Virus record (IMG/VR): IMGVR_UViG_3300046464_000709
Coordinates: 32,001-96,000 of that record
Direction: 5' to 3' (one strand)
DNA: 64,000 nt
Origin: a virus
In this document: one piece after another, positions 9,368 to 18,882 of the stretch
Position numbering within the stretch: position 1 is the first letter of the stretch
Layout of the letters: every line of letters begins with the position of its first letter
Position numbers and translations under genes: made by a program
The notes under the pieces: generated by a model
Database searches by the model: none
What the model was told of the DNA's origin: nothing
What the model saw: only the letters and a program-made list of their open reading frames with translations

Positions 9368-11239
9368 TTAGTTTATAAACATGGGAGTAAAAGTATAATT
9401 CACGTTATTAACTTTAGAGTTCATTATATCATAGTAAAGTTTAATCATCCAATTGCCAAGTATTAATGCAGAATAACTATCTTTTCTCGCTTTTTCTGGG
9501 CCGGTTTGACGCTTTAAACTAGGAGGAAGATCAAATGTTTGAGTTCCTCCTGCAGAAGTAGATATCTGAATTAAAGAACATTGAGTTTTAATAAGATTCA
9601 TCATATCAAATTGATGCTCAACAAAGTCAATCATTTTCGCTGCATTTGTTTGGCGCTCTAAACTTTGAGATGTTCTTAAAAATTTTAAATCCTGAATTGG
9701 TATTTTTTTATTTCTTTGTTCGTTATAAGCATCATCAATTGCTCTTGCCCCAAAGAATATCCGATGATGATCAAAGTTGGCCTGAAGCAACTCGTTCGCC
9801 AACCTAATCCACTGACTAGTAGGTTTGCGCAAATAACAAATCGTTTTATCTTCTAAATTATATTCTTTTTTCCCTTCTATTATTTTTTCTTGATAATGTT
9901 CTAAGTCATCAAAGTTAGTATTTAAACATTTTATATTCATTTTATTTTTCTTGAACAAACTACTTTCATTACAAGCATTAATAAACTGCACTCCTCCATT
10001 ATAATCTCCAACAATAGATACAATATTAAAATGAGTAAGTAAATAATAAAAATAAAAAATATGTTGTTTTAAATTTGTGCCGCTTAAAGCGTAGCTATGC
10101 ACGACAGTCCCAATCTTCTTGTCGTCGTTAAGCTTGAGCACCATCATAGCAAAGTCATCACTACTTTCACTTTCTGCCCAACTCGGATCAAATGCCAAAA
10201 TATATTTTTGCCCAACCTCCCCGCGCACTTCAATAGTTGGAGTCTCTCCATCTTTCAAAGTGCACGAAGCCATCTTGGAGGTCTTAAAATATCCGCTGCT
10301 ATCGTCAGTAAAAATTGAACCAAACTCTCTGTCGAACTGGCTCTGACTCATTGTAGACTTCGCCTGATCCAAAAGATTTTGGTCGTACAACTGCTTTGGG
10401 GCGCAGTCATAACTAAACTGCATGATAACCCTGTGCGCATCACTTTGTTTTGAGCTGCCTTGGCGAATCAAATCTTCAAATTGCTCGTAAGCTTTGTACA
10501 TGTACTCAAACTTATAACTTGCTGAAGAAAGAGCTATTAGCTTATTGTTGCGCCAAACGTGCCGCTCGTCTTCGTTCATCTTTCCTTGCTCAATTAAATT
10601 CGTCTCAAGGTTAAATAAAGCCTCCCTTTGAGTCGGGTTTTCGACCACACTCAAGAACGGTATTATAACCTCATTATAAATACGCTCGGGCATAAGGGCA
10701 AACTCGTCTATAATAATTCTATGAAAACGAAATCCTCGAAGCTTCTCTCCATCTCCAAGAGGTAGAGCTCGGATCCTACTGCTACCGATCTCAAGTAGCC
10801 ATTCATCGTTGCTTTTTGATTTATGCGTTATGCATTGAGCTAGATATGTTGCCCCAGGCTTCGAGGCAATATCTTCAATTTTTTTGAATATCATCTTGGC
10901 TTGCCGGAAGGATTTTGAGAGTATCCCTATCTCGACTCCTTGATTCATTATAGCGTCTAAATATGCATATATGGCAGTAGTGAATGACTTACTCATTCCT
11001 CGAGACCATACCCCCATGAAATAATCTGTTTCAAACATAGCCTTTATCGCCATATGCTGAAAAGGAAAAAGCTGAACTCCGCTAACTAAATCTGCAGTAA
11101 ATGTGATATTCTCCCTCAAGAACTTGTATAGTAAAATCTTAGCTTCTTTTTCTTCTATAAACCCTTTCATTTCTTCAAGTTGTTCATTGAAGTTTTTTTC
11201 TTCAGCCCTAGATAATTGATTTCCTGTTTCCCAAGTCAT
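9368..11239 (-). CDS. terL: terminase large subunit
   Basis: Walker A SRGMSKS, LRGFRFHRIIIDE Walker B, ALSSA coupling motif, RNase H-like AFDP...DDFA...KDSYSA. Confidence 0.9.
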   Translation of the reverse strand: MTWETGNQLSRAEEKNFNEQLEEMKGFIEEKEAKILLYKFLRENITFTADLVSGVQLFPFQHMAIKAMFETDYFMGVWSRGMSKSFTTAIYAYLDAIMNQGVEIGILSKSFRQAKMIFKKIEDIASKPGATYLAQCITHKSKSNDEWLLEIGSSRIRALPLGDGEKLRGFRFHRIIIDEFALMPERIYNEVIIPFLSVVENPTQREALFNLETNLIEQGKMNEDERHVWRNNKLIALSSASYKFEYMYKAYEQFEDLIRQGSSKQSDAHRVIMQFSYDCAPKQLYDQNLLDQAKSTMSQSQFDREFGSIFTDDSSGYFKTSKMASCTLKDGETPTIEVRGEVGQKYILAFDPSWAESESSDDFAMMVLKLNDDKKIGTVVHSYALSGTNLKQHIFYFYYLLTHFNIVSIVGDYNGGVQFINACNESSLFKKNKMNIKCLNTNFDDLEHYQEKIIEGKKEYNLEDKTICYLRKPTSQWIRLANELLQANFDHHRIFFGARAIDDAYNEQRNKKIPIQDLKFLRTSQSLERQTNAAKMIDFVEHQFDMMNLIKTQCSLIQISTSAGGTQTFDLPPSLKRQTGPEKARKDSYSALILGNWMIKLYYDIMNSKVNNVNYTFTPMFIN

Positions 11240-12162
11240 TATATTAGTTTTCGATCAAGATAGTACTGAAGGTCTACGTCCCAAAGCTGTTTTCCTAAAG
11301 TCAATATTTTTGGAATTAAATGTTCAGACTCCTCCCTGCTTCCCGTAAAAATGAACTGGCAGCTACCTTTGAATTTATGCGCTAGAGTACGCATGTTATG
11401 ATAAATATACTTCATGTTTGACATGTGTGGGGCCCATCGATTATTTTTTTCTATGCTGTTTATGCTTCCTTCAGTTACCACGAACAAATAACTATCAAAG
11501 TCTTTCGTTCGTTGAAGTTCGTACTCGAATCTATTTAAATTATTTTTGCTCAATGTGGATTTAAAATCTTGCTCGCTTTTTCTATCCGCGTAAGTATAAT
11601 CATAATGTTCTTTGCCTACAGCATAATCTCCAAAATCTAGCTTAAGAAACTCTGAATTAGGAAACTCTAAAGGCTGCTGCTCTCTTGTGTCTATAAAAAT
11701 TTTAACCGAATCATCAACCTTTCTTCCCCATTCTTTTGGCAATCGAGACCCAAACATTGGAAGAACCCCTGCGGCCTTACAAGCTTCGGTATAAGAGCCG
11801 AAATGTTTTTGATATAGTTCTATGGTAGGCATTTCATTTACCTCTAGCTCTATATGGGAAGGTCCGAACTTTAAGTTTTTATCTTCAACCCTATGCTTGA
11901 GCATTTTTAATATATATTCCCTAACAGTTTCATCTGATTGCGCGTTGCACCATTTTAATAACTGATCCCTGTTTGAAAAATCTCGCCCGAAGTATTGTTC
12001 TTTATTTTTAAATGGCAATAAATCTCCTGTATATAGATTATGACGCGGATAGTATTTTATGTAATATTCTGCGAGAGTAACCTTGTGAGACCTCAAGTGC
12101 ATATGAAGTTTTTTTTCGCTTTCAAATTCCAGCGAACATATCTTACAAACATTAAATGACAT
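11239..12162 (-). CDS. C2H2 zinc finger + ERCC4/XPF-type nuclease
   Basis: CKIC..HMHLRSH at the N-terminus; IFIDTREQQP...LDFGDY...DRKSEQDF...VVTEG. Confidence 0.75.
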   Translation of the reverse strand: MSFNVCKICSLEFESEKKLHMHLRSHKVTLAEYYIKYYPRHNLYTGDLLPFKNKEQYFGRDFSNRDQLLKWCNAQSDETVREYILKMLKHRVEDKNLKFGPSHIELEVNEMPTIELYQKHFGSYTEACKAAGVLPMFGSRLPKEWGRKVDDSVKIFIDTREQQPLEFPNSEFLKLDFGDYAVGKEHYDYTYADRKSEQDFKSTLSKNNLNRFEYELQRTKDFDSYLFVVTEGSINSIEKNNRWAPHMSNMKYIYHNMRTLAHKFKGSCQFIFTGSREESEHLIPKILTLGKQLWDVDLQYYLDRKLI

Positions 12163-13204
12163 CTTCTTTAGAAATGCCCAAAACCCTAGCTTTCCAGTCA
12201 GGCATCGATTCGAGTCTTCCAGCTTCTTCTTTTGCCGCCTCTCTTTGCAATCTCGCGATTTTTATCATAACCTCTCGCTCTTCCTCTTCCTGAAATAGTT
12301 GGACAAGCGACAACAAACTTGCATTTTGCTGGTGCTTGCTGGATATTCTTTTTGATCGGTCTCCCTGAAGTTTTTGAATCAATGACTCCATTCTTTTTTC
12401 GCACTGATTGTATTCTTCGCTTTTAGTTTTAAGCAATTCTGCTAATCTTACAGTTAAATCCTGTTGGTCTTCCGCTTCATCGAACATTCTATTTAACTTA
12501 TTAATTGCGCTTTGAATGTTTTTCAAATGAATGTAATCCATACACACGTTGATGTATAAATTAATCTCGTCACTTGTTAAGTCAGGCTTATCCCAGGTAG
12601 CCCTAACAAACTCTGCCTCAAATAAGTCTCTATCCGCCTGACTATCGTAAGTGTTGATTACCTGAATAAATCTAGGTGACGCTAAAAAGCCTCCCAAGGA
12701 TTCGATGCCCTTTCTCTCGGACATGGTGAGCTTTTCTTCGTTTATACTTGTTTGGGCATAGTCATTTATCTTTTTTATTATTTTACTAGAAGCCTTTGGA
12801 GGGGAGTATCTTTTATTTATTGCATCCTCAGATGCGGGAGTCTTTATTTCATCATTTTTATCAACGTATTCAAATACAGCTTGATATTCTTTTGAAGTAT
12901 GCGTTACTCGGATTTCCGGGAAAAGCACTGCTGCTGCTTGAGCGCAGGTCATACCATCTGAGACAGATTGGTCTACAAAGTCTTTTTGCTCCTGGGTTAA
13001 TATAATATCATCCTTCGGGTAGATGTGTTTTGTTTCATACTCTATCTCGTTATTCAATAAAAATTTCCTAACGGCCCTACCCTGTTTACTTCTTCCGTCA
13101 ACTTTATCAGAGTCGGGAAAAGCTAACTTGGTTAATTCGGTTAAATCAGAGACTTCATTTGCGTTAGACCTGATAACGTTTTTCTGTTCGTCGTTTAGCT
13201 CCAT
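12152..13204 (-). CDS. hypothetical protein (helical/coiled-coil; candidate small terminase)
   Basis: 350-aa ORF overlapping its neighbours, upstream of terL. Role inferred from position. Confidence 0.6.
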   Translation of the reverse strand: MELNDEQKNVIRSNANEVSDLTELTKLAFPDSDKVDGRSKQGRAVRKFLLNNEIEYETKHIYPKDDIILTQEQKDFVDQSVSDGMTCAQAAAVLFPEIRVTHTSKEYQAVFEYVDKNDEIKTPASEDAINKRYSPPKASSKIIKKINDYAQTSINEEKLTMSERKGIESLGGFLASPRFIQVINTYDSQADRDLFEAEFVRATWDKPDLTSDEINLYINVCMDYIHLKNIQSAINKLNRMFDEAEDQQDLTVRLAELLKTKSEEYNQCEKRMESLIQKLQGDRSKRISSKHQQNASLLSLVQLFQEEEEREVMIKIARLQREAAKEEAGRLESMPDWKARVLGISKEDVI

Positions 13205-13962
13205 GGAGGTACAGCCCTAACGGCGATAATGTCTTCTCTTTTCAAAATGTCTTGAGCTTTTTCTTTAAAAATTTTCTTTAAATTTTTTATCTGCTTATAT
13301 CCAGCTTTTCTTCCTTTTTCACTAGTTTTATACCCCATTTGTTCGGCAACCTCTTCTTCGTCAATATTATCAATAAAAAGCAACTTGTAAACTTGATACT
13401 GCTTGCTAGAAAGCTCTTTTTTCATATGCTTGTTTAATTTCTGCTGAGACTCGATTATATTGAAATTATGATCCTGCATAGCTCCGACCTCGTAAGAATG
13501 ATTCTCAAGAGCGAGCGCCATTTTTATTCCGTAAGCAGGCTTTTTTGTTCTTTCCCATTTTGCATAAAGAGGGCAAGAGGAGTCCTGTAATCCGCTTTTT
13601 GTAAAACCACATAAAGAAGCTTCTCCTCCGTCCTTTGTGGCGCATGATTGATTAAAAGGGCAGTTTAAACATGGTCTGACAAAGTTGCTGTAATTATTTC
13701 GCAATATATTTTTCATTTGATTGGTAATAATCTTATTGATCCAAGGCTTCAATGATCTAGATTGGTCCCATTGATGCCATTTTTTGTGAATGTGAGCCTT
13801 TATAATTTGCTCAACATCTTCAAAGTCAAACCAAGCGAGAGAATCAAGGAACCATTTACCCTTTCTTTTTCTTACTTCTAAGTCGATTTCGTCCGACTTG
13901 TCCTCGTATTTAAATTCAGGCTTTTTTTGGTCGTCCACGTTTTTTTGGTTTTTTTGGAGCAA
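13195..13962 (-). CDS. phage sigma70-family sigma factor with Cys-rich insert
   Basis: Region-2-like DFEDVEQ..WHQWDQSRSLKPWINKIITNQMKNILR and region-4-like LSSKQYQVYKLLF..EEVAEQMG. Confidence 0.7.
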   Translation of the reverse strand: MLQKNQKNVDDQKKPEFKYEDKSDEIDLEVRKRKGKWFLDSLAWFDFEDVEQIIKAHIHKKWHQWDQSRSLKPWINKIITNQMKNILRNNYSNFVRPCLNCPFNQSCATKDGGEASLCGFTKSGLQDSSCPLYAKWERTKKPAYGIKMALALENHSYEVGAMQDHNFNIIESQQKLNKHMKKELSSKQYQVYKLLFIDNIDEEEVAEQMGYKTSEKGRKAGYKQIKNLKKIFKEKAQDILKREDIIAVRAVPPWS

Positions 13963-14287
13963 CTTTTTCTGGGTCTAGATCTTCAAGTGGAATTAGATCT
14001 TTTAGGTTAAATTTATTTTTATCCTGTTCTACGCTGTACGATAGTTTAGATATTGACGGAACCTCATATACATCGCTTCCATCTGGGTCATAAGACTCGT
14101 CAAGCAACTCAGGAGATCTTCTAACCCTACGAGCGGGATTGGGCGTGAGAGTTTTTTTTGAAACGCTTGAGGTTGTTTTTGCTGCAGATAATATACTCAA
14201 ACCCTGCCCACAGCCACCACAAAATTTTGGAGCCTGGATAGAGTACATGTTCTTGAAGCCACAGTGAGGACAGTAAGAAAAAGCCAT
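13916..14287 (-). CDS. zinc-ribbon protein
   Basis: YCPHCG...KFCGGCG, basic C-terminus. Confidence 0.75.
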   Translation of the reverse strand: MAFSYCPHCGFKNMYSIQAPKFCGGCGQGLSILSAAKTTSSVSKKTLTPNPARRVRRSPELLDESYDPDGSDVYEVPSISKLSYSVEQDKNKFNLKDLIPLEDLDPEKVAPKKPKKRGRPKKA

Positions 14288-14314
14288 AATAATATATTAT
14301 AGCTTAAAAAAAAA

Positions 14315-14905
14315 TTATATCAAATAACCGCTTATTATTCTACTTTGCTTTCTCGAGAACTCTTCTGCTTCCTCGCTCCACTTTCTGTTTTCTTTTACAT
14401 ACTCAAAGCAAAGAACTCCCAAGATTTTTCCGTTTAAAGTTTTTACTGGCCGCGCAAAAAAACTTTTCACGCCTTTTTGCTCCAGAAAAGACTTGAATCC
14501 GATATCATCATTGTACTCTTCTAGATTAGGACACTTGAATGTTTTTTCCTGAGATACTGAATGCGTAAGTCCGTGAAAATTAGAAGTTCTTATATTTTGA
14601 AGGGTCTGACATTCGGAACTTATTCCTTCGCTAACGACCTCATAAGTGCAACTTAATTTTTGCTGACTTCTTCCGGAAAAATAATGCTCTCCATTATGAA
14701 ACTCTAAAATATATACTCTATCTGCATCAGCTTCATCGAGAACATAATTTAAGGCAGAAATTACATTGCTATGGCAATTAGGGTCGTAAACAAATTGTTT
14801 ACTTTTCTTTTCATCATATTTTATTTTCAACCACATACCGATAACCGCAGTTGCGGCAGAAACTACACCAGTAAGCACGCTTAATATATCTAGACCATTA
14901 TTCAT
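14315..14905 (-). CDS. membrane-anchored GAF-domain protein
   Basis: N-terminal TM helix; ADRVYILEFHNG...GVKSFFARPV...ILGVLCFEY GAF signature. Confidence 0.7.
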   Translation of the reverse strand: MNNGLDILSVLTGVVSAATAVIGMWLKIKYDEKKSKQFVYDPNCHSNVISALNYVLDEADADRVYILEFHNGEHYFSGRSQQKLSCTYEVVSEGISSECQTLQNIRTSNFHGLTHSVSQEKTFKCPNLEEYNDDIGFKSFLEQKGVKSFFARPVKTLNGKILGVLCFEYVKENRKWSEEAEEFSRKQSRIISGYLI

Positions 14906-15129
14906 TTTTTAAAAATTAAAGAAAAGAGCGAAATAAAAAAAACTAAACCTATTACCATTCCAAACCATATCCACGGCCCAGTATGATCATAATTCTGAGG
15001 ATCGCTCACTATAGATAGTACATTCGATTCGTCGCCAGGAGAATCTAATTTAGCAATTTCTTTTGGTTTCTGTATGATTTTTCTCGAACAAGAGAAGAAA
15101 AATAAAATTATCAGCCAGCAACCCCTCAT
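14902..15129 (-). CDS. lipoprotein with C-terminal TM helix (u-spanin-like architecture)
   Basis: MRGCWLIILFFFSC lipobox-like signal plus C-terminal hydrophobic helix ending KK. Confidence 0.5.
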   Translation of the reverse strand: MRGCWLIILFFFSCSRKIIQKPKEIAKLDSPGDESNVLSIVSDPQNYDHTGPWIWFGMVIGLVFFISLFSLIFKK

Positions 15130-15560
15130 CGACGCTTACTGGGAATCGCATAAAATCCAACAACCATGAAACACAAATCCATAAACGATGCAAGCATCAA
15201 GCCTCCTGTCATTTGAACTACTTCCCAGTCTTTTGCTCCGAATATCCAACTAAAAAACCCCCACTTTGTGCCTTCCCCTTTAGGGACAATTAAATTGTAT
15301 GTAATATGAGGATTCATTGCATAATAAATCATCAAGAAACACATGGTAAACGTGATACTCATAAAAAGTATTCTTCGGCTAACCTTCACAAAAGGATCTT
15401 TAGCATTTTCCGACTGACTAGAAATTAAAGCTTCTAGCATTTTTTCGTCTCGCGCGGCTAAAGCTAGCTGATCTTGCCTCTTTTGCTCTAGCCATGCGTT
15501 TATTAGATTGCAGGCCAATTTTATTCCCGCTCCTATAATAGTATTCAATATTGGGCCCAT
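15126..15560 (-). CDS. holin-like membrane protein (3TM-holin type)
   Basis: N-terminal amphipathic helix, coiled segment, two TM helices, VGFY..basic end. Confidence 0.55.
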   Translation of the reverse strand: MGPILNTIIGAGIKLACNLINAWLEQKRQDQLALAARDEKMLEALISSQSENAKDPFVKVSRRILFMSITFTMCFLMIYYAMNPHITYNLIVPKGEGTKWGFFSWIFGAKDWEVVQMTGGLMLASFMDLCFMVVGFYAIPSKRR

Positions 15561-15618
15561 ATAAATATATACACAAAAATAATTTTACAAAAAAATAAAT
15601 ATGTGTAATATATAGTAT

Positions 15619-15816
15619 ATGTCACAAAAATCTATCCTGGAAATGCTTAGTAAAAATTTAAACTCATACCAGTCTACATGTTGGTTAAAAACTGAAAATG
15701 CAAAATTAAATGGATCCACTCCTGCAGAATTGATGATGGAAAATCAAACAGACAAAGTATCAAGAATATTGCCAGAAGAAATAAAAAGAATAAAAAGTAA
15801 AAAAAATACTAATTAG
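15619..15816 (+). CDS. stand-alone MbcA/ParS/Xre antitoxin C-terminal (DUF2384-like) domain
   Basis: WLKTENAKLNGSTPAELM matches the W-L-x-x-P/E-N-x-x-L-x-G-x-T-P signature. GTGTA motif upstream. Confidence 0.65.
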   Translation: MSQKSILEMLSKNLNSYQSTCWLKTENAKLNGSTPAELMMENQTDKVSRILPEEIKRIKSKKNTN

Positions 15817-16424
15817 AAGGCCCAGGCGTACACCCAAAACTCTTGACTCTGCGCATCAGAAATAGGACAACGGAATAGAGCGTGATTGTCTTCGCTCAAA
15901 AAATGGGATTCATTTGACCTAGGAATTTTATTTGCCACATCAATATCATCATATTTAAATACATTCATTATGGGGTATTGCATATTCTCGAACACATAGT
16001 TTTTTTGGTCAGAAGGAAATCTCGACCATCCTCTCTCGTCTAGAAATTCTAAATTTGTTTGGTTCATTGTGAGAATAATGTTTTTGGCCTCTGGCGGAAC
16101 TAATTTTCCATCCTTGGCTATAAAATCAGCGACCCTTACGCTAATATAGGCATAATTATCTATTGCTATCTCATTAGGGTCCAAGGGAAGCTTCAAGCCT
16201 TCGTTCGTCAGCCTTTTCGGCGCAAAAGAAGGCTTTTGGTCAGGAGCAACATAATTCCACTCGTTTAATTCGCCGATATAATAAAAGTTAGCCACATCAA
16301 GCAATAAGTTGAAGCTTATAGTTCTCAATTGAAAATTTTCCTTTTGGATCAAAAATAAATCCTCCTCTGGAGAAAATTCACTTGGATTTAAGTCAGGCAA
16401 GGTCGATAGACTTTTACTTCTCAT
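15813..16424 (-). CDS. putative virion/fibre-associated protein, paralogue 3
   Basis: Shares the N-terminal LP..F.P..D.FL.QK motif with the next two ORFs. Confidence 0.65.
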   Translation of the reverse strand: MRSKSLSTLPDLNPSEFSPEEDLFLIQKENFQLRTISFNLLLDVANFYYIGELNEWNYVAPDQKPSFAPKRLTNEGLKLPLDPNEIAIDNYAYISVRVADFIAKDGKLVPPEAKNIILTMNQTNLEFLDERGWSRFPSDQKNYVFENMQYPIMNVFKYDDIDVANKIPRSNESHFLSEDNHALFRCPISDAQSQEFWVYAWAF

Positions 16425-16430
16425 GTCAAA

Positions 16431-17291
16431 TCACCCAAAATTAGAGTAAGCTATAACCTGAAAAGAATATATTTTACCAATATTATTGGAGGGAAAAGGA
16501 GAAAGTGAGACCGAGGTATTATCAATAGAATCTAGATTCGAGCTTTCGGGCCCTGTTGGGGTAAGACCTGTCAGTGTTAACGGGCCGACCTCTTTATGTC
16601 TATTTGGGTCTCGAGAAAAAAGATCGTTCATCGCAAAAGTTGCAGCAGGCGAAACGTTGGAGGTTGAATTTCCGAAAACCTGGTTCTCGTAAGGCAGATC
16701 TACGTCAGCCATGCTCGACCAAGGCCCTGTATTAAGATTACCTGGAATATTGTGTGAGTTATACTGCCATATGGTAGTCTCTTTTGTTGTAGGAATATTT
16801 TGAATATTTTCCATTGGAAAAATTGAAACATGCTTTTCGCCTCCAGGAATATCAAGAGAAAACTCGAACGATTGCCTCCATTTTATTTGAATTCTTACAT
16901 TCTCTGCAATTAACTTTATGAGGACCCTTCTAACCCCAGCAGGAACCCCAGATTGAAGGTCTGCAATTTTTACATTAAAACTTCCTTGACTATTTATTTC
17001 TAACGGATCGCTTAACGACATAGTTTCTGGTTGCCCGACGCTTGTAAGATACTTATCGCTTAAAGAAATCTTTGAAATCGGGCTTTCGATCACATTATTT
17101 TTTTCAAGAAACTTCCAGGATGTTTTTTCGCTAGGGCGCGCCCGAGTATTTAGAATAGACTGTATATCAAACAAAGTCGTGTAAAAAGTTTTTCCGTTTT
17201 GCTCGACCAGTATTTTATCATTAACTGGGTCAAAGTCTGAAGAGCTTAAAATTTCCGGTAAAGAGTCTATTTTCATATCAGGCCCAAGCAA
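16431..17291 (-). CDS. putative virion/fibre-associated protein, paralogue 2
   Basis: KIDSLPEI..DFDPVNDKILVEQNGKTF N-terminus. Confidence 0.65.
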   Translation of the reverse strand: MLGPDMKIDSLPEILSSSDFDPVNDKILVEQNGKTFYTTLFDIQSILNTRARPSEKTSWKFLEKNNVIESPISKISLSDKYLTSVGQPETMSLSDPLEINSQGSFNVKIADLQSGVPAGVRRVLIKLIAENVRIQIKWRQSFEFSLDIPGGEKHVSIFPMENIQNIPTTKETTIWQYNSHNIPGNLNTGPWSSMADVDLPYENQVFGNSTSNVSPAATFAMNDLFSRDPNRHKEVGPLTLTGLTPTGPESSNLDSIDNTSVSLSPFPSNNIGKIYSFQVIAYSNFG

Positions 17292-18054
17292 GCATTTTTA
17301 CGTAAAATAATTCAGAGTGATAATACGAATCTGAGACACTTGAGCTAAGTCCATCCCTCCCAGACCTGCGGCGATCCGAGCGTGCGGTTAAAAAATAAGC
17401 CTGAGTATCAATTTCAAAAGTAACACGAGAGCCGTCGTCAATAGCAATCTTGTTTCCGTGGCCCAGAGTTCGATCTTGCGGAATTCCGACGTGATCTACA
17501 ATAAACAAAGACTCAAGAGGCATTCCGTCTCCCGTTACAGAAGGTCCATGCTTATGCCAAGCTAGACGCATATGATCGTTTTTAGACCCTGTGAATTCGG
17601 AAAGTATTTTAATGTTGCTGACGGGTGTTGATCTTGCCCTAAAACACTTAAAGTTGCAGTCTCTCGTAAAGGCGGACATCAATACAGATCTAGCTGAAGA
17701 GGGAATGCTTGAAGCCTCTTTTTTTCCGTCGACTTCTTTTTGCAGCCAAGAAGCGCTGATCTTTTCTTTATGGCTGTTTGCCGGTGCCCGAGCTCCTCCA
17801 GTCGCTTCCGTAGCGAGGTTACCGGCCTTTCGCACAAAAGTGCCTCGATACCCAATCAAATCCTCTGGCTCATCTAGCCAGTTCCACGCCCAACTTTTCG
17901 TTCCCGGTAAATTGGCGCTAGGAGAGTCAATTAGGTGTGTTATGCTAGATTTATAAGTTCCCCCGCCTTTTTTCTGAACCAAAAAATTGTCTGTTGTGGG
18001 ATTAAAGTCCAACTTGTCTAATTTGCGGAGCTCATGTATTTGCTTGTTTGACAT
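17278..18054 (-). CDS. putative virion/fibre-associated protein, paralogue 1
   Basis: KQIHELRKL..DFNPTTDNFLVQKKGGGTY N-terminus. GTGTA motif 10 nt upstream. Confidence 0.65.
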   Translation of the reverse strand: MSNKQIHELRKLDKLDFNPTTDNFLVQKKGGGTYKSSITHLIDSPSANLPGTKSWAWNWLDEPEDLIGYRGTFVRKAGNLATEATGGARAPANSHKEKISASWLQKEVDGKKEASSIPSSARSVLMSAFTRDCNFKCFRARSTPVSNIKILSEFTGSKNDHMRLAWHKHGPSVTGDGMPLESLFIVDHVGIPQDRTLGHGNKIAIDDGSRVTFEIDTQAYFLTARSDRRRSGRDGLSSSVSDSYYHSELFYVKMLAWA

Positions 18055-18242
18055 TTATTCTATATACACTATTTTATACTTAAAAGATGCTTGCAGATAT
18101 CTTCTGCACATTATTATAATATTTTATTTTATATTTTATACTCAAACTATATTTAAACTATATTCAAATCATAAATTAATTGTTTTTATTTTTAGCTGTA
18201 TTTATTGAAAAACAAAAAAACAAAAGCTAGTATATAACATAC

Positions 18243-18440
18243 ATGAAAGATTCATTGAGCGTGGTTAGTGTTTTATTGGTTATATTTTATATGGGGTGGT
18301 TTATGTGGAAGCAGAGAGAGCTAATACAGTCGCAGAACGACTATATCGATCAACTCGAACATGACGCAATAATTCAAAATATATTATTACAGCAAGTAAT
18401 TCAAGAAAAAGAAAGTCCAATATATAAAAGAGCTATATAA
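18243..18440 (+). CDS. small membrane protein
   Basis: N-terminal TM helix; TTGAAA-17-TAGTAT promoter upstream. Confidence 0.65.
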   Translation: MKDSLSVVSVLLVIFYMGWFMWKQRELIQSQNDYIDQLEHDAIIQNILLQQVIQEKESPIYKRAI

Positions 18441-18503
18441 TTGCCGCGAAAACTAATCAATATTTTAGTTTAATTTTTTATATACTTTTATATAATAGTA
18501 CAT

Positions 18504-18824
18504 ATGACAGACGCAACACTAGAAAATCCAGAAGAAACTGAAAAGAAAAACGCCGAATCAACAGAAAACAAAGAGTTGACTGATGAGCAAAAACTAGATT
18601 ACGATATGGCTATTGCTGCTATAGCGAATCAATTTCTTGATAAAACTAATTTGGCAGAAGCTTTCAGCACTGTACCATTAAGTACGTTAATTCAATCGGT
18701 TCAAAGCCAGGCAGTCACACAAGCTAAAGAAACAATCAAGCAAATGCCCGCCGAAGACTATAACGGACTTGTTAATGACCTCAAAAATCAGTCAGAGAAC
18801 CAAGAAAGCGAAAAAACAGAATAA
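18504..18824 (+). CDS. acidic hypothetical protein
   Basis: 106-aa ORF followed by a terminator. Confidence 0.75.
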   Translation: MTDATLENPEETEKKNAESTENKELTDEQKLDYDMAIAAIANQFLDKTNLAEAFSTVPLSTLIQSVQSQAVTQAKETIKQMPAEDYNGLVNDLKNQSENQESEKTE

Positions 18825-18850
18825 ACTTTTAAAAATCTATATTCCATGAA

Positions 18851-18882
18851 GACCAACGGTGATCATTTGCCGTTGGTTTTTT
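18851..18882 (+). terminator. intrinsic terminator
   Basis: GACCAACGGTGA-TCAT-TTGCCGTTGGTT followed by a T-run. Confidence 0.75.
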
